Of a DNA stretch of 64,000 bases, positions 8,098-20,948 are shown one piece after another. The notes below the pieces were generated by a model. The model was given only the letters and a program-made list of their open reading frames with translations. It was not told the origin of the DNA and searched no databases. Source of the stretch: Alphaproteobacteria bacterium (lineage in GTDB: Bacteria > Pseudomonadota > Alphaproteobacteria > GCA-2746255); assembly GCA_965249135.1 (NCBI GenBank), contig OZ252220.1:1344001-1408000 (forward strand). The letters run 5' to 3'. Made by a program: the position numbers and the translations under genes. Every line of letters begins with the position of its first letter. Positions within the stretch are counted from its first letter, which is position 1.

Positions 8098-9699
8098 ATG
8101 GCTTTGATCGAAACAAAAATCGATACGCGCTCCGATGAATTTCGGAAGAACAAGGCGGCCTATGAGGCGATGGTCGAAACCCTTCGCGAACGCCAAGCCT
8201 ATGCGGTTGCGGGCGGCCGCGACAAGCAGATCGCGCGCAACTATGAGCGCGGTAAATTCCTGCCCCGCGAGCGGATCGACATGCTGGTCGATCCCCATAC
8301 GTCCTTCCTGGAATTCTCGACGCTCGCCGCCTGGGGCAAATACAACAACGAAGCGCAAAGTGCCGCCATCGTGACCGGGATCGGCATCGTCTGCGACGTG
8401 CCTTGCGTGATTATCGCGAACGACCCGACGGTCAAAGGGGGCACGCTCTTTCCGGAGACCGTGAAGAAGCACATCCGCGCTCAGGACATCGCCACCCAGC
8501 ACAAATTGCCGATGATCTACCTGGTCGATTGCGGCGGCGCCTTCCTCCCCCACCAGGACGGGGTCTTCCCGGGCCGCGACCATTTCGGGCACACCTTCTA
8601 CAACCAGGCCCGCAGCTCCGCCCATGGCCTGCCCCAGCTTTCCGCCGTCTTCGGCAGCTCGACGGCGGGCGGCGCCTACATCCCGGCCCTTTCCGATTAC
8701 GTCGTCATGGTCAAGGGAGCGGGCCGCATTCACCTCGGCGGCCCCCAGATCGTGCGGGCGGCGATCAAGGAAATCGTCGACCGGGACACGCTCGGCGGCG
8801 CCGAGGTGCACACGCGCATCTCCGGCGTGTCGGACGATTTCACCGAAGGCGAGGCGGAGGCGCTTGCCAAGCTTCGCTCGGCCGTCGCCAGGCTGAACTG
8901 GCAACGGACGTCGCACCTAAAGATGCAAACGCCAAAACCGCCCCGTTACCCGGCGGAAGAGATGCTCGGCATCGTGCCCCAGGATCGCATGCAGGTCTTC
9001 GACATGAACGAGATCCTAAACCGTCTCATCGACAACAGCGACTTCGAGGCGTTCAAACCGCATTTCGGCGAGGAACTCATCTGCGGGTTCGCCCATCTTC
9101 ACGGGCATCCGATCGGCGTGCTCGCCAATAACGGAGTCCTTTTTTCGGAATGCGCCTTGAAGGGGACCCATTTCATCGAACGATGCTGCCAGCGAAACAT
9201 TCCGCTTGTTTTCCTCCACAACGTCACCGGTTTCATGGTCGGCACGAAGGCCGAGGAAGGCGGCATCGCAAAACACAGCGCAAAACTCGTCTACGCGGTC
9301 GCCAACGCCCGGGTGCCTCGGCTTTCCGTCATCATCGGCAGTTCCTGCGGGGCCGGAAATTACGGCATGTGCGGGTCCGGCATGCGGCCGAATTTCCTGT
9401 TCGCCTGGCCCACGGCCTATGTCGCGACGATGTCGGCGGACACCGCCGTCATCGTCATGCAGGACGTAAAAAAAGCCAGCATGGGTGCAAGCAAGGTGAC
9501 GGAGAAGGAATTGGCGGCCATCGAGCAACGGACCCGCAAGCAATATGCCGAACAGGCGGATCCCTACTACATCACGGCGCGGGTCTGGGACGACGGTTTG
9601 ATCGAGCCCACGAAGACCCGCGACGTACTCGGCCTTTGCTTAAGCCTCGGGGCGGCGCTGGAGCCGGAGACGGGCTACCACCCCGTCTACCGGATGTGA
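8098..9699 (+). CDS. Acyl-CoA carboxylase carboxyltransferase subunit (methylcrotonyl-/geranyl-CoA carboxylase beta-like, LiuB/AtuC)
   Basis: RGKFLPRERI, ANDPTVKGG, GSSTAGGAY, GAGNYGMCG, ARVWDDGLI, ends VYRM. Confidence 0.9.
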   Translation: MALIETKIDTRSDEFRKNKAAYEAMVETLRERQAYAVAGGRDKQIARNYERGKFLPRERIDMLVDPHTSFLEFSTLAAWGKYNNEAQSAAIVTGIGIVCDVPCVIIANDPTVKGGTLFPETVKKHIRAQDIATQHKLPMIYLVDCGGAFLPHQDGVFPGRDHFGHTFYNQARSSAHGLPQLSAVFGSSTAGGAYIPALSDYVVMVKGAGRIHLGGPQIVRAAIKEIVDRDTLGGAEVHTRISGVSDDFTEGEAEALAKLRSAVARLNWQRTSHLKMQTPKPPRYPAEEMLGIVPQDRMQVFDMNEILNRLIDNSDFEAFKPHFGEELICGFAHLHGHPIGVLANNGVLFSECALKGTHFIERCCQRNIPLVFLHNVTGFMVGTKAEEGGIAKHSAKLVYAVANARVPRLSVIIGSSCGAGNYGMCGSGMRPNFLFAWPTAYVATMSADTAVIVMQDVKKASMGASKVTEKELAAIEQRTRKQYAEQADPYYITARVWDDGLIEPTKTRDVLGLCLSLGAALEPETGYHPVYRM

Positions 9700-9704
9700 A
9701 CGCG

Positions 9705-10495
9705 ATGGCGTACGAGACGATCCGATACGAGACGGACGACCGCGGTGTGTGCCGGCTGACGCTGGCGCGTGCCTCCGTTCACAACGCGATGAATGCGGAG
9801 CTCATCGCAGAAATGAGGGACGCGGCGAAGCGGATCGCGAAGGACGAAAGTGTGCGCGCCGTCGTGCTGACCGGCGAGGGGGAAAGCTTCTGCGCCGGTG
9901 GGGATTTGCGCTGGATGCAGGCGAACGTGAATGCGACGCGCGAAGAGCGCATGGCGGCGGCGGGCGAGATCGCGGAGATGCTGTTTGCGCTGGATACGTT
10001 GCCCAAGCCGCTCATCGGGCGGATCAACGGACCGGCCTATGGCGGGGGGACGGGTTTAATCTCCGTCTGCGACGTGGCCATTGGGGTCGCAGGCGCCCGG
10101 TTCGGGCTGACGGAAGTCCGGCTTGGCCTCGTGCCGGCGACGATTTCGCCTTACGTCGTCCGGCGAATGGGGCATGCGAATGCGCGGCGGGTCTTTTTCA
10201 GCGGCCGGCTTTTCCAGGCAGACGAGGCAAAGGCGCTCAACCTCTTAAGCGAGGTCGTCGCGCCCGAAAATCTGGACGCGGCCGTTGATGCAGAGCTTGC
10301 GGCATGCCTTCAAGCCGCCCCCGGCGCGATTGCCGCCACCAAGCGCCTCGTCGATTACGTGGCTCGCCATGGACCGGAAGAGAACCGCACCGCGACGCTA
10401 AACGCACTTGCCGATGTCTGGGAGACGGAGGAAGGCAAGGAAGGGATTGGCACGTTCCTTAAGAAGCAGACGCCTTGGTGGCGGAAGGGAACGTC

Positions 10496-10499
<4 letters not shown>
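9705..10499 (+). CDS. Enoyl-CoA hydratase (methylglutaconyl-/isohexenylglutaconyl-CoA hydratase-like, LiuC/AtuE)
   Basis: FCAGGDL, GPAYGGGTGL, FGLTEVRLGLVPATISPYV; ATG at 9705 after previous stop. Confidence 0.88.
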
Positions 10500-12496
<1,997 letters not shown>

Positions 12497-12517
12497 GCGC
12501 AGGCGCGAGGTAGGGAA

Positions 12518-13669
12518 ATGGAATCGATCTATCAGACGGAAGAGCTGGAACTTTTCCGGGAGCAGTTGCGCCGCTTCATCGAAGAAGAAGTCGAGCCCTT
12601 CGGCGAGGCGTGGGAGGAAACGGGCATGGTGCCTCGCGAGGTCTTAAGAAAGCTTGGCAGCCTCGGTTTCCTAGGCCTCGCCTACTCGGAAAAGTATGGG
12701 GGAGCGGGGCTCGATACGGTGGCGACCGCCATCTTCGCCGAAGAGATGGGCCGTTGCACCTTCGGCGGTTTCCCCGCGACCGTGCTTGTCCATACGGACA
12801 TGGGATCGCCCCATCTCGCCAACGCAGGCTCGGAAGCGCAATTGAAGAAGTACATGCCGCGAATCACGTCCGGCGAATCGATCGCGGCGATCGCGGTCAC
12901 GGAACCGGATGCGGGTTCGGACGTCGCCAATCTTCGCACCCGCGCCGTCCGGGAAGGCGACGTTTACGTGCTTAACGGCACGAAGATGTTCATCACGAAC
13001 GGGATCCATGGCGACCTTTTCTTCGTGGCGGCCCGCACGGACCGCCAAGCGAAGGGATCGCGCGGGATTTCGATGTTCATCGTCGAGAAGGGAACGCCGG
13101 GCTTTCGGGCCGGCCGGCCGCTCAAGAAGCAAGGCTGGTGGTGTTCGGACACGGCCGAACTCATCTTCGAGGACTGCCCCGTGCCGGCCGAGAATCTGCT
13201 GGGCCAAGAGAACGAGGGTTTCTACGCCATCATGAAGAACTTCCAGAACGAGCGCGTCGTGCTTGGCGCCATGGCGATCGGCGCCTCAGACAAGGCGTTG
13301 GAATTGACCCTGGATTACGTCACCACGCGGCGCGCCTTCGGTGGCGTGCTGTTCGACCTGCAGACGATCCGCCAGAAGCTGGCCGAGCTGGCCGGCAAGG
13401 TCGAGGCGGGGCGTCAGCTCGTCTACCACGCCGCCTGGCTGGACGCGGCCGGCCGCGATTGCGTGAAGGAAGTCTCGATGGTAAAGGCGCTGTGCGGCGA
13501 GCTCGTCAACGAGGTCATGTATGCCTGCCAGCAGTTCCATGGGGGGGCTGGATACTTACGCGAAACGCCGATCGAACGCATGGTGCGCGATTCCCGCGTG
13601 CTGGCGATCGGCGGCGGGGCGACGGAGGTGATGCTGGAAGAAGTCGCCAAACGCATGATAACGAACTAG
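12518..13669 (+). CDS. Acyl-CoA dehydrogenase (AtuD-like)
   Basis: IAVTEPDAGSD, NGTKMFITNG, QFHGGAGY, IGGGATEVM. Confidence 0.92.
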   Translation: MESIYQTEELELFREQLRRFIEEEVEPFGEAWEETGMVPREVLRKLGSLGFLGLAYSEKYGGAGLDTVATAIFAEEMGRCTFGGFPATVLVHTDMGSPHLANAGSEAQLKKYMPRITSGESIAAIAVTEPDAGSDVANLRTRAVREGDVYVLNGTKMFITNGIHGDLFFVAARTDRQAKGSRGISMFIVEKGTPGFRAGRPLKKQGWWCSDTAELIFEDCPVPAENLLGQENEGFYAIMKNFQNERVVLGAMAIGASDKALELTLDYVTTRRAFGGVLFDLQTIRQKLAELAGKVEAGRQLVYHAAWLDAAGRDCVKEVSMVKALCGELVNEVMYACQQFHGGAGYLRETPIERMVRDSRVLAIGGGATEVMLEEVAKRMITN

Positions 13670-13688
13670 GTGGCAAAGGGAACCTAAG

Positions 13689-14567
13689 GTGTCAAACGAA
13701 CCATCGGATCCGAACGTCTGGCGCATCGGCCAGTCCGACGAGGAGCTAAGTGCGGCGCCCACCGTCTATAAGGACGACCTCTTCAAGGGCAAGGTCGTGC
13801 TGGTGTCCGGCGCCGGCAGTGGGCTCGGCCGGGGGATTGCAGCACTGTTTGCGCGCCTCGGCGCCCACCTCGTCATCTGCGGACGGGACGAGGAACGCTT
13901 GGCCTCTGCCGCTCGTTTCCTTGCCGGCCTCGGCGCCACCGTGCATGCGAAGATCATGACGATCCGCGACACCGACCAGGTCGAGGAACTGATGGACGAG
14001 GTCTGGGATCGCTTCGGCCGCCTCGACGTGCTGGTTAACAATGCGGGCGGTCAGTATCCGCAAGCTGCGATCGATTTTGCAGACAAGGGCTGGGACGCGG
14101 TCGTGGGCACGAATTTGAGCGGCACCTGGTACATGATGCAGCGCGCAGCACGGCGCTGGCGCGACAACAGCCAGCAGGGAAACATCGTCAACATCGTCGC
14201 CATCCATGAGCGCGGCATGCCGGGCATCGCCCACACGGGCGCCGCGCGTGCCGCCGTTACGAATTTATCGAAGACGCTTGCCGTCGAGTGGGCACCGCTT
14301 GGCATTCGCGTCAACTGCGTGGCACCCGGCACCGTCGCCACGCCGGGCTTTCGCCAGTACCCGCCGGAAGGCGTCGAAAGCTTCCAGCAATGCAACGTGC
14401 AGCGGCATCCGGGCGACATGCACGACGTCGCCCAGGCGGTCGTTTATCTCGCTGCCGAGTCGGGCAAGTTCATCACCGGCGACGTGATCCATGTGGATGC
14501 CGGTCAACGCATGTGGGGCGAGAGCTGGCCGGCCGGCAAACCGGACTATTTCAAGGTCGGCGTGTAA
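13689..14567 (+). CDS. SDR oxidoreductase (AtuB/trans-2-enoyl-CoA reductase-like)
   Basis: SGAGSGLG, NNAGGQY, HTGAARAAV instead of YxxxK, typical of AtuB/PECR-type SDRs. Confidence 0.8.
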   Translation: MSNEPSDPNVWRIGQSDEELSAAPTVYKDDLFKGKVVLVSGAGSGLGRGIAALFARLGAHLVICGRDEERLASAARFLAGLGATVHAKIMTIRDTDQVEELMDEVWDRFGRLDVLVNNAGGQYPQAAIDFADKGWDAVVGTNLSGTWYMMQRAARRWRDNSQQGNIVNIVAIHERGMPGIAHTGAARAAVTNLSKTLAVEWAPLGIRVNCVAPGTVATPGFRQYPPEGVESFQQCNVQRHPGDMHDVAQAVVYLAAESGKFITGDVIHVDAGQRMWGESWPAGKPDYFKVGV

Positions 14568-14570
14568 GCG

Positions 14571-15692
14571 ATGTTGTTCAGCGCGCTTTCCGGCATCCGG
14601 GTGCTCGACCTCGCCCAGTACATCCCCGGACCCTATGCGACGCTGATGCTCGCCGATTTCGGGGCGGACGTGCTTAAACTCGAGCCGCCAGAGGGCGATC
14701 CCATGCGCCGGATGGCGCCTTTGGACAAGGACGGCATCTCGCTTACCTACAAGGCGTTCAACCGCAATAAAAGATCGGTCGCGCTCGATCTGAAAACCGA
14801 CATCGGCAAGCGGTCCTTCGAGGGTTTGCTCGAAGGCGCGGACGTGTTGCTTGAATCCTTCCGGCCGGACGTGATGGCCCGGCTTGGTTTTTCGCGGGAA
14901 CGCATCGCTGCGATCAATCCCCGCCTCATCCACTGTGCGCTGACCGGCTATGGGCAGGCGGGGCCGCTTGGGCACGCCTCCGGCCACGACGTGAATTACA
15001 TGGCGCTGATGGGCGGCCTCGATGCCTCGGGTGTTGAGGCGCGCCCGGTCCTTGCCTTTCCTCCCGTCGCCGACCACGCGTCCGCCATGCACACGGCAAT
15101 TACCCTGCTCGCCGCCCTCATCGCCCGCGAAAAGACCGGCTTTGGTGCCTTCCTTGACGTGAGCATCGCCGAGGCCGTCCTTCCCTGGCAACGGATGGTG
15201 TTCGCGGCCATGGAGGCGGCAGGCGAGGACGTCCGGCGGACCGGACATCTCTTGAATGGCGGCGCCGCCTGTTACCAGGTCTATGAGACGAAGGACAAGG
15301 GCTTCGTCACCTTGGGCGCGCTCGAAGAAAAGTTCTGGCGGAATTTCTGCGAGGCGATAGAGAGGCCGGATTGGACGGCGCGGCAGTTCGAGCCGATGCC
15401 GCAAACAAGCCTGATTGTGGCGTTGCGGGAGAAGTTCGCGTCGGCCACACTGGCCGAGTGGGAGGCCTTGCTTTCTAAGTGCGATTGCTGCTTCCAGGTG
15501 GTGACCCCTGCTTCGGCGTTGCCTGCACATCCCCAGCTTCGCGCCCGCGGTTTCCTGAAGGAGGCGCAACAGGATGGAAGAGCCTTCACGGAAATCCTTT
15601 TCCCGGCCCGCGTCGACGATAAGCCGCCGGACGTGCGAAGGGAGTGGCGGGAGGTGAACGCCGAAGAAGCGCTTCATGGGTGGAAGCCGTAG
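14571..15692 (+). CDS. Family III CoA transferase, alpha-methylacyl-CoA racemase-like
   Basis: LSGIRVLDLAQYIPGP, NRNKRSVALDLK, FRPDVMARLG, GHDVNY and PVAD motifs. Confidence 0.85.
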   Translation: MLFSALSGIRVLDLAQYIPGPYATLMLADFGADVLKLEPPEGDPMRRMAPLDKDGISLTYKAFNRNKRSVALDLKTDIGKRSFEGLLEGADVLLESFRPDVMARLGFSRERIAAINPRLIHCALTGYGQAGPLGHASGHDVNYMALMGGLDASGVEARPVLAFPPVADHASAMHTAITLLAALIAREKTGFGAFLDVSIAEAVLPWQRMVFAAMEAAGEDVRRTGHLLNGGAACYQVYETKDKGFVTLGALEEKFWRNFCEAIERPDWTARQFEPMPQTSLIVALREKFASATLAEWEALLSKCDCCFQVVTPASALPAHPQLRARGFLKEAQQDGRAFTEILFPARVDDKPPDVRREWREVNAEEALHGWKP

Positions 15693-15716
15693 AAGAAACA
15701 TCGAAGGATAAGCGGC

Positions 15717-16904
15717 GTGGCGGGCAAATCCGAAATCGAGCCTTTTACGATTCACGTCGAGGACGCCGTCCTCGAAGATTTGAAGGGGCGGCTTAAGCGG
15801 ACGCGCTGGCCAAGCGCACCGAAGAATGCTGGTTGGGAATCCGGCACGCCGGTCGCCTATATGAAGGAGCTCGTCGATTACTGGCTGCACGCCTATGACT
15901 GGCGGAAGTGGGAGGCCGAGTTCAACCGTTTCGATCATTTTCGCGTGGCCGTGAGCGACGAGCGCATCCACTTCATCCATGAAAAGGGAAGTGGGCGTAA
16001 GCCGCTGCCGCTGATCCTAAGCCATGGCTGGCCGGGCTCTTTCTTTGAATTTTTGGAAGTGATCGAGCCGCTTGCCCATCCGGAACGCTGCGGCGGCGAC
16101 ATCGAAGACGCCTTTGACGTCATCGTCCCTTCCCTTCCTGGCTACGGCTTCTCTTCCATTCCGGAAAACCCGCCGGGTCCGCGCGCAACGGCCGAACTTT
16201 GGCACGAACTGATGACGGAGAAGCTTGGGTTTGCAAGCTACGCCGCCCAAGGCGGCGACTGGGGGGCGTTCATCACCGCCTGGCTTGCCTTCAATCACGC
16301 GGAAGAACTCGTCGGCATCCACTTGAACCGCATCGGCCCCGATAGCGGGCCCGAGGTGAGCGATCCCTCCATGAGCGAGGAAGAGAAGGCCTGGATCGAG
16401 GCCGTCCGCAAGCGGCGGAAAGAGGTTGCCGCCTATAGCCAGCAGCACACGACGCGTCCCCAGAGTCTGGCCTATGGGCTGAATGATTCGCCGGCCGGGC
16501 TTGCCGCCTGGATCGTCGAGAAGTTCTATGCCTGGAGCGACATCGGCGGCGATATCGAATCCGTCTACACGAAAGACCAGCTGTTAACGAACGTGATGAT
16601 TTACTGGGTGACGGGAACGATCAACTCCGCGAACTGGTTCTATCGCGCCGTACAGCTTGCCGGGGACCGGCGGCTGCCCGAGGGAAAGCGCATCGAGGTG
16701 CCGACCGGTTTCGCCTATTTCCCGGTCGACCTTCACCCCCAGCCGCCGCGGTCCTGGTGGGAGCGGGCCTACAACCTCACCCGCTGGACGGAGATGGGAA
16801 AGGGTGGCCACTTCGCCGCGCTGGAACGGCCCCAGGCGCTGGTCGAAGAAATCCGGGCCTTCTTCCGGCCCTTACGCGGGAAGCCTGCGGAAACCCTTCG
16901 TTAA
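15717..16904 (+). CDS. Epoxide hydrolase (alpha/beta hydrolase, microsomal EH type)
   Basis: EHN-type N-terminus, HGWPGSF, QGGDWG nucleophile, GGHFAALE. Confidence 0.9.
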   Translation: MAGKSEIEPFTIHVEDAVLEDLKGRLKRTRWPSAPKNAGWESGTPVAYMKELVDYWLHAYDWRKWEAEFNRFDHFRVAVSDERIHFIHEKGSGRKPLPLILSHGWPGSFFEFLEVIEPLAHPERCGGDIEDAFDVIVPSLPGYGFSSIPENPPGPRATAELWHELMTEKLGFASYAAQGGDWGAFITAWLAFNHAEELVGIHLNRIGPDSGPEVSDPSMSEEEKAWIEAVRKRRKEVAAYSQQHTTRPQSLAYGLNDSPAGLAAWIVEKFYAWSDIGGDIESVYTKDQLLTNVMIYWVTGTINSANWFYRAVQLAGDRRLPEGKRIEVPTGFAYFPVDLHPQPPRSWWERAYNLTRWTEMGKGGHFAALERPQALVEEIRAFFRPLRGKPAETLR

Positions 16905-16972
16905 CTTCATTTAAAGACCCTCCGCAAAAAACTGGGTGAGGAAAACTGCAAGGAATTCGCGCCCTTTTGCGG

Positions 16973-18173
16973 ATGGACATTCTCCGACACCTTCTTATCG
17001 CGCTCACCTACACGGCGTTTGCCGTGGCACTCGCGGTGACGCTTCCCTACACCTTCCCGAATCTGGCAGGAGGCGACGCGCTCCTTATCGGCGGGTTCTT
17101 CTTCGTGATCTCCGCCATTCTGCACGAAGTTTTTGCCCGCTTCGAACGCGACGGGACGATGGGTACCCAACTCGCCGCCTTCGACGAGCTAAGGGACGAA
17201 TTGACGGAAGAGCTTCAGCGCGCGCCGGGAAGTCAGCCACGTTCATGCGCTGGTCGAGGACAGCCGCGGCAAGTCGCCGAAAAAGATGGGGGACATCGTC
17301 GCCGAGGTCCGCACCTTGCAAAAGCTTGTCGAAAAACTTTCCTCAAAAGGACAAGACGAGGTCGCCGAGGCACCGCCCAAGCGCATCGAAAAGCGCCCCG
17401 CCAAGAAACCCAGCATCGCCGCCAACGTCATCCACATGGGCCCGGAGGCCGTTCTCGAGCTGGTACAGGACGCGCTGCGCAGGGATCGCATCGATCTTTT
17501 CCTGCAGCCCATCGTCGCCCTGCCGCAACGCCAGCCGAAATTTTACGAGGCATTCTCACGCATTCGCGCGGACGATGGATCCTTCATCACGCCGGATCTT
17601 TATCTGAAGGTTGCCGAGGAACAGGGGCTGATGACGCCGATCGACAATCTGCTTCTGTTCCGCTGCGTCCAGATCGTTCGCAGCCAACGCAACCAGGGAC
17701 CCGGCGGCTTCTTCATTAACATTTCGAAGCACACGCTTTCCGATCAGTCCTTCTTACGGGAATTCATCGATTTCCTGGAATCGAACGCCGAGCTTGCGCC
17801 GTACCTTATTTTCGAATTCGCCCAAGCGGACCTTTCCATGCAAGACGGGGAGATTGCCGATGAACTGCAACGGCTCGCGCGGCTTGGTTTCCGCTTCTCG
17901 ATCGATCAGGTTCGTTCGCTGAATTTCAATATGGACGAGTTGCATGCGCGTCGATTCAAATTCATCAAGATCGATATCGAAACCCTGATTTCAGAGAAGC
18001 GCGAGAAGGGGCATCCGAACGCGATCAAAGGCATTCGCGACGCCTTCTTCCGAAACGGGATCGATCTCATCGTCGAGAAGATCGAAGACGACGCGACCCT
18101 GATCGACCTTCTGGAAGATCACATCGACTATGGCCAAGGCTATCTTTTCGGCGAACCGAAGCTTCGCCGTTAG
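16973..18173 (+). pseudogene. Membrane-anchored degenerate EAL-domain protein (TipF-like), split by a frameshift near 17219-17224
   Basis: Two TM helices and coiled coil in one frame (16973-~17224); EAL domain (LQPIV, YEAFSR, FSIDQ, GQGYLFGEP) in another frame open from 17205; adding one CG to the (CG)3 run gives continuous ELQRARREVSHVHAL. Confidence 0.75.
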
Positions 18174-18243
18174 CCGCTTCTTTTCTTTTTTCGCCGGGCA
18201 TGGCAGAACGTGCGGGAGCTGCGCCTAGACCGACGATTAGCCC

Positions 18244-19122
18244 ATGGCCATTCGCCTTCTTTCCGGCATCCGGGAACTTAGCAAGTCTTACGACGGTTTC
18301 ATCCTCGACCTATGGGGCGTCGTGCACGACGGCTACGCCCCCTTCCCCGGCGCCATCGAGGTCCTTCGGAAGCTGAAGGAAGCGGGAAAGCCCACACTTT
18401 TGCTCTCGAACGCGCCGCGGCGTCAGGCGGTCGTGAGCCAAGCGTTGGGGGAAATGGGAATCGCGCCGGACCTCTACGGCCACGTCCATTCCTCCGGCGA
18501 GGAAGCCTGGCAGGCGCTGCATGGGCGCACGGACCCCTGGTTCGCGGCTCTGGGCCCCGCTTGTTTTCATCTTGGACCTCGGCGCGATCGCGGCATGCTG
18601 GAAGGACTCGCGCTTAGGGAAGTGAAAACCCCGGAGGCGGCGGACTTCATCCTGAACACCGGCATCGACTGCGACGAGGAGACCCTCGCCGATTACGAGG
18701 ACCTGCTGGCGCGGGGAGCCCGGAACGGCGTGCCGATGGTCTGCGCGAACGCCGACCGCGAGGCCCTGCGCGGCGAGGTGCGGGTCATCTGCGCCGGCGC
18801 GCTTTCCCAGCGCTACGAGGCACTTGGCGGAAAGGTGCGCGCCTTCGGCAAGCCGGACCCGGCGATGTTCGAAAGCGCGCTCCGCCTGCTTGGCATTTCA
18901 AAACGCACGCGCGCACTCACCATCGGGGATTCGCTTGCCACCGATATCCGGGGGTCGGAGCGGGCCGGGATCGACGCCGTGCTGGTGACCGGGGGTTTGC
19001 ATGCCGCCGAGCTTGGCCTCGATGGGCGCCAGGAAGAACTGCCAACACGCGATCGCCTGGCCGCCCTGCTCGCCCGTGAAAACCTGCACCCGATCGCCGC
19101 GATCCCACGCCTTCGCTGGTAG
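18244..19122 (+). CDS. HAD-superfamily class IIA hydrolase (TIGR01459-like)
   Basis: DLWGVVHDG, LSNAPR, GKP, IGDSLATDIRG. Confidence 0.9.
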   Translation: MAIRLLSGIRELSKSYDGFILDLWGVVHDGYAPFPGAIEVLRKLKEAGKPTLLLSNAPRRQAVVSQALGEMGIAPDLYGHVHSSGEEAWQALHGRTDPWFAALGPACFHLGPRRDRGMLEGLALREVKTPEAADFILNTGIDCDEETLADYEDLLARGARNGVPMVCANADREALRGEVRVICAGALSQRYEALGGKVRAFGKPDPAMFESALRLLGISKRTRALTIGDSLATDIRGSERAGIDAVLVTGGLHAAELGLDGRQEELPTRDRLAALLARENLHPIAAIPRLRW

Positions 19123-19130
19123 CGGCGATA

Positions 19131-19167
19131 AAGCGGGCAAGGACGGTGGAAAAGCCCTTGCCCGCTT
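19131..19167. terminator. 12-bp stem hairpin between convergent genes
   Basis: AAGCGGGCAAGG-N13-CCTTGCCCGCTT. Confidence 0.5.
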
Positions 19168-19173
19168 GGCCGG

Positions 19174-19593
19174 TCAGTGAAGGAAGAGCGTCGGCAGATG
19201 GGGCACGCCTATTTCCATAAGCATCGCCACCTCGGCGCCGATCCCAACCAAGAAAGCGGCGGTGCGGATCCAGGGAATGCCGAGGATGTGGACGGTGGCC
19301 TGGACAAGCCTCGCCACCACGAAAATCTCGGCACCCAGCGCCGTCGTTTCATTGGAAACGCCGAACATCGTGCCGGCGACGATGATGGCGAAGGGAATCA
19401 GGTTCTCCATCAGATTCAGATGGGCCCGGTCTGCACGCTGCGCCCAGGCCGGAAGGGGCGCGTCTTCCGGCGTTGGATGTCCGACATAGCGCCGGATTCC
19501 CCACACCTGGACCTTTCCGATAACGGGGAGCATCGCCATGACAATGGCAACGACCGCTAGCTGCAACAAACAGATGAATTCGATGGGAGCCAT
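19174..19593 (-). CDS. MAPEG family membrane protein
   Basis: WAQRADRAHLNLMENL, ARLVQ...GIPWIRT; hydrophobic helices. Confidence 0.85.
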   Translation of the reverse strand: MAPIEFICLLQLAVVAIVMAMLPVIGKVQVWGIRRYVGHPTPEDAPLPAWAQRADRAHLNLMENLIPFAIIVAGTMFGVSNETTALGAEIFVVARLVQATVHILGIPWIRTAAFLVGIGAEVAMLMEIGVPHLPTLFLH

Positions 19594-19706
19594 TGTGCGT
19601 CCCTCCAGTTATTTTCTAAAAATATCCGCCAACTCGTACTGAAACTAGGATGCCGCATCACCTTAAGGGGTTTCGCACGAAAACCAAATTTCCGGGGGGC
19701 GAAGGC

Positions 19707-20948
19707 TTAAGTGCGGTAATCCGCGTTGATTTCGATATAGCCATGGGTGAGATCGCAGGTCCAAACCGTTGCGCTCCCCTGGCCGATACCGACATCGACG
19801 GCAATGTCGATGGCCCGTCCCTTCATATGCCGGGCCACGGGCGCTTCTTTGTAACCGGGAGCCTCGGCGCCCCCTTTCGCCACCCGAATGCCGCCGATCC
19901 GGATGTCGAGTTTCTTTCGATCCGCCCGTTCGCCCGCCTTGCCGACCGCCATGACGATCCGTCCCCAGTTCGGATCTTGGCCCGCGATCGCCGTCTTGAC
20001 GAGGGGCGAGTTTGCAATCGACAGACCGATCGCGCGCGCCGCCTTCTCGGAAGCAGCCCCCTTGACGGTGATCGTCACGAACTTGCTCGCCCCCTCGCCG
20101 TCCCGGATGATTTGCTGGGCAAGGTCGACCATGACGGCCTCGAGCGCCTGCTTGAAGCCGCGTAAATGCGGATCCGATACCGAGCGCACCGCCTTGTGCG
20201 GCTTGCTCTTGCCGGTTGCGCAAAGAAAGACGGAATCGCTCGTCGAGGTGTCGCTGTCGACGGTGATCGAATTAAAGGAGCGCGCGTTCGAGGCGACGAG
20301 AAGCTTCCGCAAGACCGCCGGCGGAATCTTCGCATCCGTAAAGAGGAAGGCCAGCATCGTCGCCATGTTCGGCGCGATCATGCCGGAGCCTTTCGCAAAC
20401 GCGGCGATCTTAACGGACGTGCCACCGATGCGGGCTGTGGCACTCGCGCCTTTCGGATGGGTGTCCGTCGTGAGGATCGCGCTGGCGGCCCGCTTCCAGT
20501 GGCCGGGTGCGAGCTTATCCACCAAGGCAGGCAAGGTCTTTACGATGCGTTGCACGGGCAAAGCTTCCCCGATGACGCCGGTGGAAGCCAGGAAGACCTC
20601 TTTTTCCGGACAATCGAGCAGGCGGGCTACCGTCTTTGCCGTCCGGGCGACCGCCTTTTCCCCAGCCAGCCCGGTGAAGGTGTTCGCGTTGCCGGCATTG
20701 ACGACGATCGCCCGAACGCGCCCGCCGCCGATCCGCTTGCGGCACCACTCGACGGAGGCCGAAGCTAAGCGGGAGCGCGTGAAGACACCGGCCACCGCCG
20801 ATCCCGGCGCCAGCGCAGCCAGCATCAGATCGTTCCGCCCACGGTAGCGAATCCCGCAAGCCATGCCGCCCAACCGGACGCCCGGAATGGACGGCAGCTT
20901 CGGGAATTCCCGTGGGGCCAATGGCGAACGCTTTAACTTCCCGGCCAT
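19707..20948 (-). CDS. argJ: Bifunctional ornithine acetyltransferase/N-acetylglutamate synthase
   Basis: [55 protein letters not shown]. Confidence 0.96.
   Translation of the reverse strand: MAGKLKRSPLAPREFPKLPSIPGVRLGGMACGIRYRGRNDLMLAALAPGSAVAGVFTRSRLASASVEWCRKRIGGGRVRAIVVNAGNANTFTGLAGEKAVARTAKTVARLLDCPEKEVFLASTGVIGEALPVQRIVKTLPALVDKLAPGHWKRAASAILTTDTHPKGASATARIGGTSVKIAAFAKGSGMIAPNMATMLAFLFTDAKIPPAVLRKLLVASNARSFNSITVDSDTSTSDSVFLCATGKSKPHKAVRSVSDPHLRGFKQALEAVMVDLAQQIIRDGEGASKFVTITVKGAASEKAARAIGLSIANSPLVKTAIAGQDPNWGRIVMAVGKAGERADRKKLDIRIGGIRVAKGGAEAPGYKEAPVARHMKGRAIDIAVDVGIGQGSATVWTCDLTHGYIEINADYRT

Noticed and set aside
16900-16915. CtrA-like box (TTTA-N7-TTAAC on minus strand) upstream of the TipF-like gene
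   Set aside because: One mismatch and it overlaps the epoxide hydrolase stop codon; not supportable alone.
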